Positions 29,353 through 38,086 of a DNA stretch of 64,000 nt are shown in pieces. Where the stretch lies: contig WGLV01000021.1 in NCBI GenBank assembly GCA_016125385.1, positions 31,429-95,428 of the forward strand, given 5' to 3'. Made by a program: the position numbers and the translations under genes. Positions within the stretch are counted from its first letter, which is position 1; the number at the start of each line of letters is the position of its first letter. Below the pieces are notes generated by a model. The model saw only the letters and a list, made by a program, of their open reading frames with translations, was not told where the DNA came from and did no database searches. Source of the stretch: a bacterium. GTDB taxonomy: Bacteria; Hinthialibacterota; Hinthialibacteria; Hinthialibacterales; Hinthialibacteraceae.

Positions 29353-30672
29353 CTAGAGGCGCCAGGGGCGGCGGTAATCACGCGTAACCAGCTTATTGGC
29401 GCGGTAGTTGCCGATCACCTTTTCTTTTTCATCATCCCAATGCAGGGTTTCACCGACGCGGTAGGCGATGTTCGATAACAGCCCCGGTTTGGTCAGACGA
29501 AACGCGTACTCGGCGTTGCAGGTGGTGAGTTCACGCGATTTGATGCTGTTGAGAAACTCGCGGATATGGCCCGGCGAGTTGGGGATGGACTCGGGCGGAC
29601 GCTCGAAGTCTTTCGCTTCCTTGCCATCGACGAAGATTTTGTTCTGACCATAGTTCGTCACCAGAGTCGCGTCGCGGCCCTGGAAGACACAGCCGATGGA
29701 GCCGAATTCCTCGTAGCCGGGTAACCCATTGGGGTGAAGGTCCCAAGTCAGGGTCAGATCGGGGAAACGCATCAGCACATCCAACTGGTCGGGCGTCTCC
29801 GCGTTGTCGTCATTAAAGAAGCGGCCCCCCACCGCGCTGACAGTCTCAGGGCCGCCCAGATCGAGCGCCCAGAAGGCCACATCGGTAATATGGCACCAGA
29901 AGTCCATGAAATCGCCGCCGGAGTAGTCCCAGAAATAGCGGAAATTGAAGTGAGAACGGTTGGGGTTGTACGGGCGCTTTGGCGCTGGGCCCTGCCAGAA
30001 ATCGTAGTCGAGTTCCGCGGGCGGATCACAATCGGCGGGATGATCGAGGTTCTGGATATTGGCTCTTTTCCACAAGGCGACCTTGGTGATCTTACCGAGT
30101 TTACCCGATCGGACGACTTCAACCACACGCCGGTAATTATTGAGATCGTTATGGATGTGGTTGCCCATCTGGGTGATTCGCTTGTTGCGCTTTACCGCTT
30201 CGACCATGGCGCGCCCCTCGTTAATGGAGTGGCACATGGGTTTTTCGAAGAAGACGTCCTTACCGGCGTCGCAGGCGGTAACGGTGGGCAGGCAGTGCCA
30301 GTGGTCGGGCGTGGTGACCACTACCGCGTCGACGTCGTTGCGATCGATCAGTTTGCGGAAGTCGTGATAGGAATCGGGTTTATAGCCATTGCGCTTTTCG
30401 ACTTCGGCAACGGCGGCGGCGGCGTGACTTTCATCGACGTCGCAGATACCCACGCAATGCACGTCATCGTTCGCAATAAAGCTCTTGAGGCGGTTGGTAC
30501 CCATGCCGCCCACGCCAATGTGGCCCACGCGGATGGTATCACTGGGCGCGTTGGCCGCGAGGGCGCGGTAATTGGCCGCCGTCAGGCCCAGAGCGAGCCC
30601 GGCGCCGCCGCGCAGAAAGTTACGCCGGTTGACCGGCGTGGATTGATTTGATGATTTTTGTTCGGTCGCCAT
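29353..30672 (-). CDS. Tat-exported Gfo/Idh/MocA family oxidoreductase
   Basis: NRRNFL Tat motif, IGVGGMG, TPDHWH, EKP, WQGPAP. Confidence 0.92.
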   Translation of the reverse strand: MATEQKSSNQSTPVNRRNFLRGGAGLALGLTAANYRALAANAPSDTIRVGHIGVGGMGTNRLKSFIANDDVHCVGICDVDESHAAAAVAEVEKRNGYKPDSYHDFRKLIDRNDVDAVVVTTPDHWHCLPTVTACDAGKDVFFEKPMCHSINEGRAMVEAVKRNKRITQMGNHIHNDLNNYRRVVEVVRSGKLGKITKVALWKRANIQNLDHPADCDPPAELDYDFWQGPAPKRPYNPNRSHFNFRYFWDYSGGDFMDFWCHITDVAFWALDLGGPETVSAVGGRFFNDDNAETPDQLDVLMRFPDLTLTWDLHPNGLPGYEEFGSIGCVFQGRDATLVTNYGQNKIFVDGKEAKDFERPPESIPNSPGHIREFLNSIKSRELTTCNAEYAFRLTKPGLLSNIAYRVGETLHWDDEKEKVIGNYRANKLVTRDYRRPWRL

Positions 30673-30900
30673 TTTTTAGCCTCCGCAAGTAAATGCCGGT
30701 CCATTGTAGCGAAATCATCCAGACGCGACTACTCTAAAAAGAGATTTTTTTTATCCATCCTTAAAAAAGCGAATCGATTCACCGATTCCTGCGGACCTGG
30801 CGAAAACTGTCAGGGAGATGCATTATCTCGCTTACTTTTTGAAAAAAAATAGCGTACTATTAAGGGTATCGAATGAATGACGTGAAGGAGCTCAGTTTTC

Positions 30901-31248
30901 ATGGATCGTGCTTTGGGACTCATTGAAACACGCGGCCTGATCGCCGGCATCGAAGCCAGCGACGCCGCAGTGAAAGCCGCCGAATCGGTCATCTCTCAAC
31001 TGGAATACAACGTTCCGGGTATGGTTACGGTGAAGTTGCGCGGCGGCGTGGCCGACGTGCAAGCCGCCGTCGAAGCGGGCGCATCGGCCGCGCGCCGGGT
31101 GGGAGAAGTAATTTCGGCGCACGTGATTCCCCGGCCGCATGAAGACGTGGAAGCCCTGATCGCGCATGAGCCCGAAAGCACCATGACCGGGCCTGATGTT
31201 TTGATGAAGCGAACCGGGGAGAAGAAAGACGGCAAGTCGAAGAAGTAA
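30901..31248 (+). CDS. Bacterial microcompartment shell hexamer (BMC-H) with C-terminal extension
   Basis: ALGLIETRGL...AADA-like ASDAAVKAA, GGVADVQAAVEAG, HVIPRPH. Confidence 0.93.
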   Translation: MDRALGLIETRGLIAGIEASDAAVKAAESVISQLEYNVPGMVTVKLRGGVADVQAAVEAGASAARRVGEVISAHVIPRPHEDVEALIAHEPESTMTGPDVLMKRTGEKKDGKSKK

Positions 31249-31425
31249 ATTTTTCCTGCTCTTTTTTCTCTGCTGAACTGATTTTTTGTTATCTCATTGC
31301 AAGCGCCTCATCCAACTGGGGGATGGATGCGCCTGTTTCCGGAATGTTTGTATTGGCGGTTTCCGCCTGAATCATTTATGGGGTCGTACTCTGGTTTGAT
31401 TTTTTTCCTACAGGGAGGCAGTTTC

Positions 31426-32046
31426 ATGAAAAGGGAAGGTTTTACACTGATTGAATTGCTCATCGTCGTCGCCATTATCGGAATTCTGGCGGCCATCGCC
31501 GTGCCCAACTTTCTGAACGCTCAGATGAGGGCCAAGGTCGCCCGCGTGGTGTCGGACATGAAGGCGGTGGCGATGGGTGAAGAGCAGTATCGACTCGACC
31601 GCAACCAGTATACCTACGATGGCGATTGCGGCGTCGGCCAGGCCGAACACCTGTCGTATGTTCCGCTTACCACCCCCGTCGCGTATCTAAGCAGTTTCCC
31701 CGAAGACGCATTCGCCGGAATCGATCCGAAGTTTCAGAACCGTCAGACGATCAAAACCGGGTTGAAACCCGTGTACGAATACACCTCGCGTGTATCGTTT
31801 GGCCCGCAGGGCACGCCAAACTGCAAAAACAATACGACCACTTATAGCACTCTGGGCCGGATCGGCGTCGAATATCTCATGACCTCACTGGGTCCGGACG
31901 GCGATCAGGATTTCCCCTGGGGCGCGAACGATTACGTGATTCTTCGTGAGCGAAACGCCGGATTCATCTATCAGCCTTCAAACGGGCTTGTTTCAAACGG
32001 CAACATCTTCGTATTGAACAGCCAGATCATCGGCGGCAATAATTAA
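31426..32046 (+). CDS. Prepilin-type N-terminal cleavage/methylation domain protein (pilin-like)
   Basis: MKREG/FTLIELLIVVAIIGILAAIAVPNF; LTTPVAY, SLGPD, YQPSNGLVSNG; ATG at 31426 after GGAGG. Confidence 0.88.
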   Translation: MKREGFTLIELLIVVAIIGILAAIAVPNFLNAQMRAKVARVVSDMKAVAMGEEQYRLDRNQYTYDGDCGVGQAEHLSYVPLTTPVAYLSSFPEDAFAGIDPKFQNRQTIKTGLKPVYEYTSRVSFGPQGTPNCKNNTTTYSTLGRIGVEYLMTSLGPDGDQDFPWGANDYVILRERNAGFIYQPSNGLVSNGNIFVLNSQIIGGNN

Positions 32047-32083
32047 GCGAATTATTCGCCGCGATTATCAATCAGCCTTTGCG

Positions 32084-32115
32084 ACGGGACGGTGAATACC
32101 GTCCCGTTTTTGTTT
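32084..32115 (+). terminator. Intrinsic terminator after the pilin-like gene
   Basis: ACGGGACGGT-GAAT-ACCGTCCCGT followed by a T-rich tract. Confidence 0.8.
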
Positions 32116-32212
32116 ACCTCGCCGCGCGTAATGTGTTCCTTCACAGAGACGAACGCGGTTTGGTATCGTTGTACAAAGAAGCAAACCAGATGAAATACGA
32201 GGAGACGGTATC

Positions 32213-33721
32213 GTGAGTCTGCTTGGCATCGACGTGGGAACCACCGGCTGTAAAGCCGTCGCATTCAACGAAGAAGGTAACATTCTGGCCTCGGCGTACC
32301 GGGAGTATCCCCTGCACGCCCCCAACCCGGGCTGGGCCGAACTCGACAGCAACCAGGTCTGGCGCGACGTCAAATCGTGTCTGGGCGAGATCGTGGCGAA
32401 AACGGCGGCGGACCCGGTGAAAGCGCTGGCGGTCTCCTGTCAGGGCGAGGCGGTGACGCTCACCGCCGAAGACGGTTCGTTTCTCTCGAACTCGATCGTC
32501 AGTTTCGACACGCGAACCGAACCGTACATCCGGCAGTGGGAGGAACGCTTCGGCCGCGAGCGCATCTTCGGGGTCACCGGCCAGCCGCTGGCCTCGATCT
32601 TCACCGGGCTGAAATTGCAGTGGTATCGCGAAAATCAACCCGATGTGTTGAAGAAAACACGCTGGGTTTTGGGTTATGAAGACCTGATCAATTACAAACT
32701 GACCGGCGAGGCGGTGACCGATTATTCGCTGGCGGGCCGCACCATGCTCTTCGACGTAACCCGGCAGGACTGGGACGATGAGTTTCTCGGCTTCGCCGGG
32801 GTCTCGCGCGAGGTTATGCCCCGGCTGGCGCCCTCGGGAACGCTGGCGGGGACGATCGACGCGCTGGTGGCGGCCGAGATCGGTCTGCCGCAGGGCGTAC
32901 AGGTCGTCACCGGCGCACACGACCAGCCCTGCCAGACCCTGGGCGCGGGCGTCACGGAAGCGGGCGTCGCGGCCTACGGCGTGGGGACGGTGGAATGCGT
33001 GTGCGCGGCGTTCGGCGAGGCGCTGCTCAACGACGCCATGCTGTCGAATAATATATGCTGCTATCACCACGCCTGCCCCGAACACTACATCGCGCTGGTT
33101 TACAACTACACCGGGGCGGTTCTGTTCCGCTGGTACCGCGACCAGATGGCGAAGGACGAACTGCGCCGCGCCAACGAGAGCGAGCGCGACGTGTACGACC
33201 TGTTGACCAGTGAAGCCGCCGCCAAACCCACGCGGTTGCTGGTTTTGCCTCATTTCACCACCACCGGCGTGCCTCATTTCGATAACCGCAGCAAGGGCGC
33301 GATTCTCGGCCTGACGCTCGACACCACCAAAGCCGAACTGACGCGCGCCATTCTCGAAGGCGGAACGTATGAGATTCGTCAGGGAATGGAGCTGTTGAAG
33401 AACGCGGGCGGCGCGGTTGAAACCTACCGCGTCACCGGCGGCGGCGCCAAGTCGGATTACTGGATGCAGATCAAAGCCGATATTCTCGGCGCTCCGGTCG
33501 AGGTTCCCGCCGTACCGGAAGCGGGTTGTCTGGGCGCGGCGATTCTGGCGGGCGCGGCGACCGGATCGTATTCATCGATCCGCGAAGCGGCGCATCAGCT
33601 GGCGCGCACCGAAAAAACCTTCGAGCCCGATCCGGAAAACCAGAGGATCTACGACGAGCGCTTCGAGTGGTATAAAGAGATTTATCCGCGCAACAAAGAC
33701 CTGTTCCACAAGATGACCTGA
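32213..33721 (+). CDS. FGGY family carbohydrate kinase (xylulokinase-like)
   Basis: LGIDVGTTGCKA, GAHDQ, RAILEG, TGGGAKS, GAAILAG. Confidence 0.9.
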   Translation: MSLLGIDVGTTGCKAVAFNEEGNILASAYREYPLHAPNPGWAELDSNQVWRDVKSCLGEIVAKTAADPVKALAVSCQGEAVTLTAEDGSFLSNSIVSFDTRTEPYIRQWEERFGRERIFGVTGQPLASIFTGLKLQWYRENQPDVLKKTRWVLGYEDLINYKLTGEAVTDYSLAGRTMLFDVTRQDWDDEFLGFAGVSREVMPRLAPSGTLAGTIDALVAAEIGLPQGVQVVTGAHDQPCQTLGAGVTEAGVAAYGVGTVECVCAAFGEALLNDAMLSNNICCYHHACPEHYIALVYNYTGAVLFRWYRDQMAKDELRRANESERDVYDLLTSEAAAKPTRLLVLPHFTTTGVPHFDNRSKGAILGLTLDTTKAELTRAILEGGTYEIRQGMELLKNAGGAVETYRVTGGGAKSDYWMQIKADILGAPVEVPAVPEAGCLGAAILAGAATGSYSSIREAAHQLARTEKTFEPDPENQRIYDERFEWYKEIYPRNKDLFHKMT

Positions 33722-33736
33722 CAGCAAGCGATCGCA

Positions 33737-33763
33737 CGGGGGCGGGTTTCAAACCCGCCCCCG
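33737..33763. repeat. Isolated REP palindrome, same family as those in the composite repeats; may act as a terminator
   Basis: CGGGGGCGGGTTTCAAACCCGCCCCCG followed by a T6 tract. Confidence 0.8.
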
Positions 33764-33897
33764 CGGCTTTTTTGAAGTGGGGATTGAAGGCGCGAATAAC
33801 CGGCCCCCGAATTCTGAAAAAAAACTGAATATCTTGCTGAACCTCGCCGTAGTATGATTGATCCATCCATCCTGAACCGCTAGAAAGCGATACCGCC

Positions 33898-35436
33898 ATG
33901 ACGACTCGCCGGATCGACGCGGGCCTGATGATTCTGATCGGGCTGGCGGCGCTGAAACTCGCCCTGCACCTCTACGTCAACATCGCTCTCCCCGAACCGT
34001 ATGGAATTTTCCGCGACGAGCTGTATTACATCGCCTGCTCGGAGCGGCTCGACTTCGGCTACGTCGATCATCCGCCCTTGTGCGCGGTGACGCTGGCGGC
34101 GTCGCGCACCGTGCTGGGCGATTCGCTGCCCGCGCTCCGATTTTTACCGGGGCTGTTCGGCGCGGGGGTTGTCGTGCTGGCCGGGCTGCTGGCGCGCGAA
34201 CTGGGCGGCGGGACGCGGGCGATGGCGCTGGCGGGCGCCGCCGCGCTGGCGATGCCGGTGGCGATGGCGGTGGACAATTTTTATTCGATGAACGCGTTCG
34301 ATCATCTGGCGTGGATGACGGCGGCGTACCTGCTCGCGCGGCTCATCAGGCGCCCCTCCCTCGGTTTGTGGATCGCGCTGGGAGCCGCACTGGGGCTGGG
34401 GCTGCAAAACAAGATCAGCGTGCTGTTTTTCGGCTTCGGGCTGACGGCGGGTCTGGCGCTGACGCCGCTGCGCAAGTGGTTTGCCGACTGGCGGCTCTAT
34501 CTGGCGGGCGCGATCGCTCTGGCGATTTTCACGCCGCACATCGTCTGGCAGATCGCGCATGGCTGGCCCACGCTGGAGTTCATCCACAACGCGAAGACTT
34601 ACAAAAACCTGCCCATGACGCCGGCGGCGTTTTTCATACAAACCTCACTGGAAGCAAACCCGGTCTCACTGCCGCTGTGGCTGATGGGTCTCTGGTTTTT
34701 TATGTTCAGCCGCGCGGGGCGCGATTTTCGCGTATTCGGCTGGATCTTCGTCATTGTGACCGGCGTGTTTCTGATGCAGAACGCCAAGACGTATTACCTC
34801 GCGCCCGCCATGCCGATTCTGATGTCGGGAGGCGCGGTTTGGCTGGAGAGCGTATGCGCCACGCGATGGGCGCGCGCGATTCCACCCGGTTACGCCGCGT
34901 TGACGCTGATCTGCGGCGCGCTTCTGGCTCCGCTGGCGCTGCCCATCCTGCCGCCGCAAGCCTTTCTGGCGTACGCGAAAGCGGCCGGCGTGCAATCTCA
35001 ACCCGGCGAGCGCGGCGACTTCGGCGAGCTGCCGCAGGTATTCGCCGACATGATCGGATGGAAGCAAATGGCCGAAGAACTCGGCAAGGCGTATCAATCG
35101 CTCTCCCCCGAAGAACGCGAGCGCTGCGCGATCGTGCTCGATAACTATGGCCAGGCGGGCGCGGTGGAGTTTTACGGCAAACCTTACGGACTGCCCACCC
35201 CCATCTGCGGGCATAACAATTATTACTTCTGGGCGCCAGAGAATCCACCGTGGGACATCATTATCACGCTGGGAGCGCGCGAGGACGCTGAGGGAAAGGT
35301 TGAATCGATCGAGGAGGCGGGTGTTTTCACCATCCGCTATTCACGCGAGTTTCACAATCCATGCCCGGTGCTGATCCTGCGCGATCCAAAAATAACCTAT
35401 CAGGAAGCGCTGCAAGGTCTGAAACATTTCATCTAG
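33898..35436 (+). CDS. GT39/ArnT-like (GT-C, PMT family) membrane glycosyltransferase
   Basis: FRDELYY, GYVDHPPL, many TM helices, NYGQAGA. Confidence 0.85.
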   Translation: MTTRRIDAGLMILIGLAALKLALHLYVNIALPEPYGIFRDELYYIACSERLDFGYVDHPPLCAVTLAASRTVLGDSLPALRFLPGLFGAGVVVLAGLLARELGGGTRAMALAGAAALAMPVAMAVDNFYSMNAFDHLAWMTAAYLLARLIRRPSLGLWIALGAALGLGLQNKISVLFFGFGLTAGLALTPLRKWFADWRLYLAGAIALAIFTPHIVWQIAHGWPTLEFIHNAKTYKNLPMTPAAFFIQTSLEANPVSLPLWLMGLWFFMFSRAGRDFRVFGWIFVIVTGVFLMQNAKTYYLAPAMPILMSGGAVWLESVCATRWARAIPPGYAALTLICGALLAPLALPILPPQAFLAYAKAAGVQSQPGERGDFGELPQVFADMIGWKQMAEELGKAYQSLSPEERERCAIVLDNYGQAGAVEFYGKPYGLPTPICGHNNYYFWAPENPPWDIIITLGAREDAEGKVESIEEAGVFTIRYSREFHNPCPVLILRDPKITYQEALQGLKHFI

Positions 35437-36198
35437 CGGGCGGCGCCCGCGGCCAGTCTTTTGGGCTGTGCGCGCTTACCGCTCCCGTTGGTCGCAGGCG
35501 GACAGTGTCCGCTGCCGGGTCTTTGGGTCGTGCGTGTTTTGCGCGCCCGTTGGTTGCTGACGTATGCGTGATCGATATCCGTCTTCGGAATTTTGGGGAA
35601 TGAGAGACGTGGAGAATTTTTGAGCGTTTGATTTACGAGATGTGTCATGTTGCAGAGGCACGCCGCTCGCGCCGGTTTGCTTTTTTCGTGTCATTCATTC
35701 ATTTCGTGTTTTCGTGATTCTAAAAGAAACCATTCGGTTGCAGGGGGCAGGTTTGAAACCTGCCTCTACGGTGGGTGCGATCGAGCGAGCTTTCCTCCCC
35801 CAAAGTTTGGGGGAGGCGAAGGAGGGGGTTGTCCGATAAATCGCAAAGTTTGTTCGAGGCGCTCACCCCCCCTCTAACTCCCCCCGATCTTCGTGGGGAG
35901 AATTTTTCAACGCTCCCGTTGGTCGCTGGCCGACAGTGTCGGCGGCCGAGTCTTTGGGGCGGTGCGTGTTAAACGCGCCCGCTGGTTGCTGACGTATGCG
36001 TGATCGATATCCGTCTTCGGAATTTTGGGGAATGAGAGACGTGGAGAATTTTTGAGCGTTTGATTCACGAGACACGGCGGGTTGTAGGGGCATGTTGCAA
36101 CGCGCCCGTTTGCTTTTTTCGTGTCATTCATTTCGTGTTTTCGTGATTCTAAATGAAACCATTCGGTTGCAGGGGGCGGATTTGAAATCCGCCCTTGC
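35436..36198 (+). repeat. Composite mosaic repeat, copy B, containing a tandem ~290-bp duplication (35480-35769 and 35911-36198)
   Basis: 83-bp identical block at 35551-35633 and 35983-36065; REPs at 35740-35769 and 36169-36198; TTCGTG repeats; CCTCCCCCAAAGTTTGGGGGAGG hairpin. Confidence 0.88.
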
Positions 36199-36253
36199 GA
36201 CGAGATTGAGCGGCGATTTTTTCCAAAATCAGGGTAGTTAAACCGCCAGCACG

Positions 36254-38086
36254 CTATTTTCCATCGCCCCAGTGTTGAATGAGGATGAGCAGGTCTTTCG
36301 CGTCGACGACGCCGTCGCCGTTGAGGTCGGGATCGCCCGCGACAGGCGTGGGCCGCATCGGCGTGGGAGTGACTTGAGGCGTGGGCGTGACCGTCGGGTC
36401 GGGAGGAAACAGAAACGGCGTCGCGGTGGGCGCGGGCGCGCCCGGCGTGGCGGTGGGCAGCGGCTGAAGCAGCGACGCCGTTACGATGACGTTATTCTTA
36501 GAATCGATCACCACCAACCCGACGCGGCCATCGCTGAAAAAACGCCCCGGCGCGGCGAAGACAGGGTTCTCGACGCTGAAGACGGTTTGCGTCCGCCCGC
36601 CGGTGGGGCCATCGGTGCGCTGAAAGGCGCGCACGCCGCCCGCCGCGGGAAAGACGAAATCGCTGAGGCCGTCGGCGTTGAGGTCGTATGCACGTAGAGG
36701 AAAGCCCACCGATCCCGCCGGCAGCCGCGCTTCATCGGTCGAGACGCTTCCATCGTCTTCGAGGCGGACGCGGCTGAAATACAGCGTGGGGTCGACCTCG
36801 CCGGTGGGAGAGAACGCGGCCAGCTCAACCCGAGCCGGGTCGATGGGGCGCGCGGCGAAGGCGCGTTGCAGCGTTGGATCGGTCAGCGTCAGTTTGATCG
36901 CGTTTAAGAAGTTGAGATCGGGGCTGCTGAACAGAATGTACGGATCGACGTTGGATGACGTACCGCCGCGCGAGCGGGTAATGAACAACTCGTCGCGGCC
37001 GTCACCGTCGAGATCGCCCTTCGCGAGGAAACGCCGCCCAAGGCCGATCAGGTCGCCCTCCAGCTTGAAGGTTCCATCGCCGACGCCGGTGAAGATTTTG
37101 GGGATGCCGCCCACGATCAGATCGAGCGCGCCGTCATCATTCACGTCAACCAGCGTAAGCGCGTCGAGCGCGGTGGTCAGCGATACGTCGGCCTGAAAGC
37201 CGGACGCGAAACCGCCCGCGTCATTGGCAAGAAACACGGTCAGGTGAACGGACGCCGACCCGGAGGCCTGCGACGCCGCCACGAAGTCAACCAGGTCATC
37301 ACCGTTGACGTCGCCCGTCGCGACCCGCGAGGGCGCGTCGATCTGCATGTTCAGCGGGATCGAGATCAGGCCCGAGCCGGACGAAGTGAAGAGGTCGACG
37401 CGGTTAGAGGCTTTGTAGAGCAGAAACAGGTCGTCGAGCCCGTCGCCGTTCATGTCGGCGGTTTCGACCCCCGTAACCGCCGCGCCCACGGTAAAGCGGC
37501 TTTGCTCGGCGAACAGCTCGGCGGGCAATGGAACCGGCGTGGGCGGCGGCGTCTGAAACGCCGAGGCGGGTTTTACCTTTAATCCCCAGCCGATCAATGT
37601 GCCGGTCGCGCCCTCGACGAGGTCGAGCACGCGCAGTTTCCATTCGCCCATCGGGCTTCGATTGAGAAAACGCGAGAGCGGTTCGGCGGGGGCGTCGAGC
37701 GTATCGTAAACGGGGTGAAAGGGCGCGTCATCGGACGGAGTCCGGTTGTGCAGAATAATGCTCTCGCCGCCGGGATGAACCAGCGAGACGATCAGCTGTT
37801 CAACGGCGGGGTGATCGATCTCGAACGAGACTTGCAGTTCTTCGAGCGGTTCGCCGCCGGGGACGTAAATCGAATACGCCGCGCCCGTGACGGCGTCGTT
37901 ATCGGGAATGGGCAGATCGGCGCGCACTTCGGCGACGGCGTACGGCGTTTCGGCGGTCTGGGCGCGCGCGAGCATGGGCGCCGCGAGGCAGACCATCAGC
38001 GCCAGGGCGAGGACAGCCCAGCGGTCAGCGGCCCGGGCGGCGCTTGCGCGGGGCGGGACGGGGCGCGCGTTGCGGCGCGCCGCGAT
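36254..38086 (-). CDS. Secreted protein: proprotein-convertase P domain + FG-GAP repeats + PT linker + dockerin-like tail (start uncertain: 37996, 38086 or 38131)
   Basis: [14 protein letters not shown]...GTLIGWGL; repeated [26 protein letters not shown]. Confidence 0.78.
   Translation of the reverse strand: MAARRNARPVPPRASAARAADRWAVLALALMVCLAAPMLARAQTAETPYAVAEVRADLPIPDNDAVTGAAYSIYVPGGEPLEELQVSFEIDHPAVEQLIVSLVHPGGESIILHNRTPSDDAPFHPVYDTLDAPAEPLSRFLNRSPMGEWKLRVLDLVEGATGTLIGWGLKVKPASAFQTPPPTPVPLPAELFAEQSRFTVGAAVTGVETADMNGDGLDDLFLLYKASNRVDLFTSSGSGLISIPLNMQIDAPSRVATGDVNGDDLVDFVAASQASGSASVHLTVFLANDAGGFASGFQADVSLTTALDALTLVDVNDDGALDLIVGGIPKIFTGVGDGTFKLEGDLIGLGRRFLAKGDLDGDGRDELFITRSRGGTSSNVDPYILFSSPDLNFLNAIKLTLTDPTLQRAFAARPIDPARVELAAFSPTGEVDPTLYFSRVRLEDDGSVSTDEARLPAGSVGFPLRAYDLNADGLSDFVFPAAGGVRAFQRTDGPTGGRTQTVFSVENPVFAAPGRFFSDGRVGLVVIDSKNNVIVTASLLQPLPTATPGAPAPTATPFLFPPDPTVTPTPQVTPTPMRPTPVAGDPDLNGDGVVDAKDLLILIQHWGDGK

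Noticed and set aside
30810..30835. Fluoride-riboswitch-like GGAGATG palindrome upstream of the BMC gene
   Set aside because: Only a 5-bp stem, and the downstream conserved riboswitch elements are missing
35433..36131. Small ORFs sharing the peptide LVNQTLKNSPRLSFPKIPKTDIDHAY
   Set aside because: Explained by the DNA duplication; starts and stops differ between copies, and substitutions preserve base pairing rather than protein sequence
35436..36198. CRISPR array
   Set aside because: Units are long and modular, the linkers are identical rather than unique spacers, there is no regular period, and no cas genes are present
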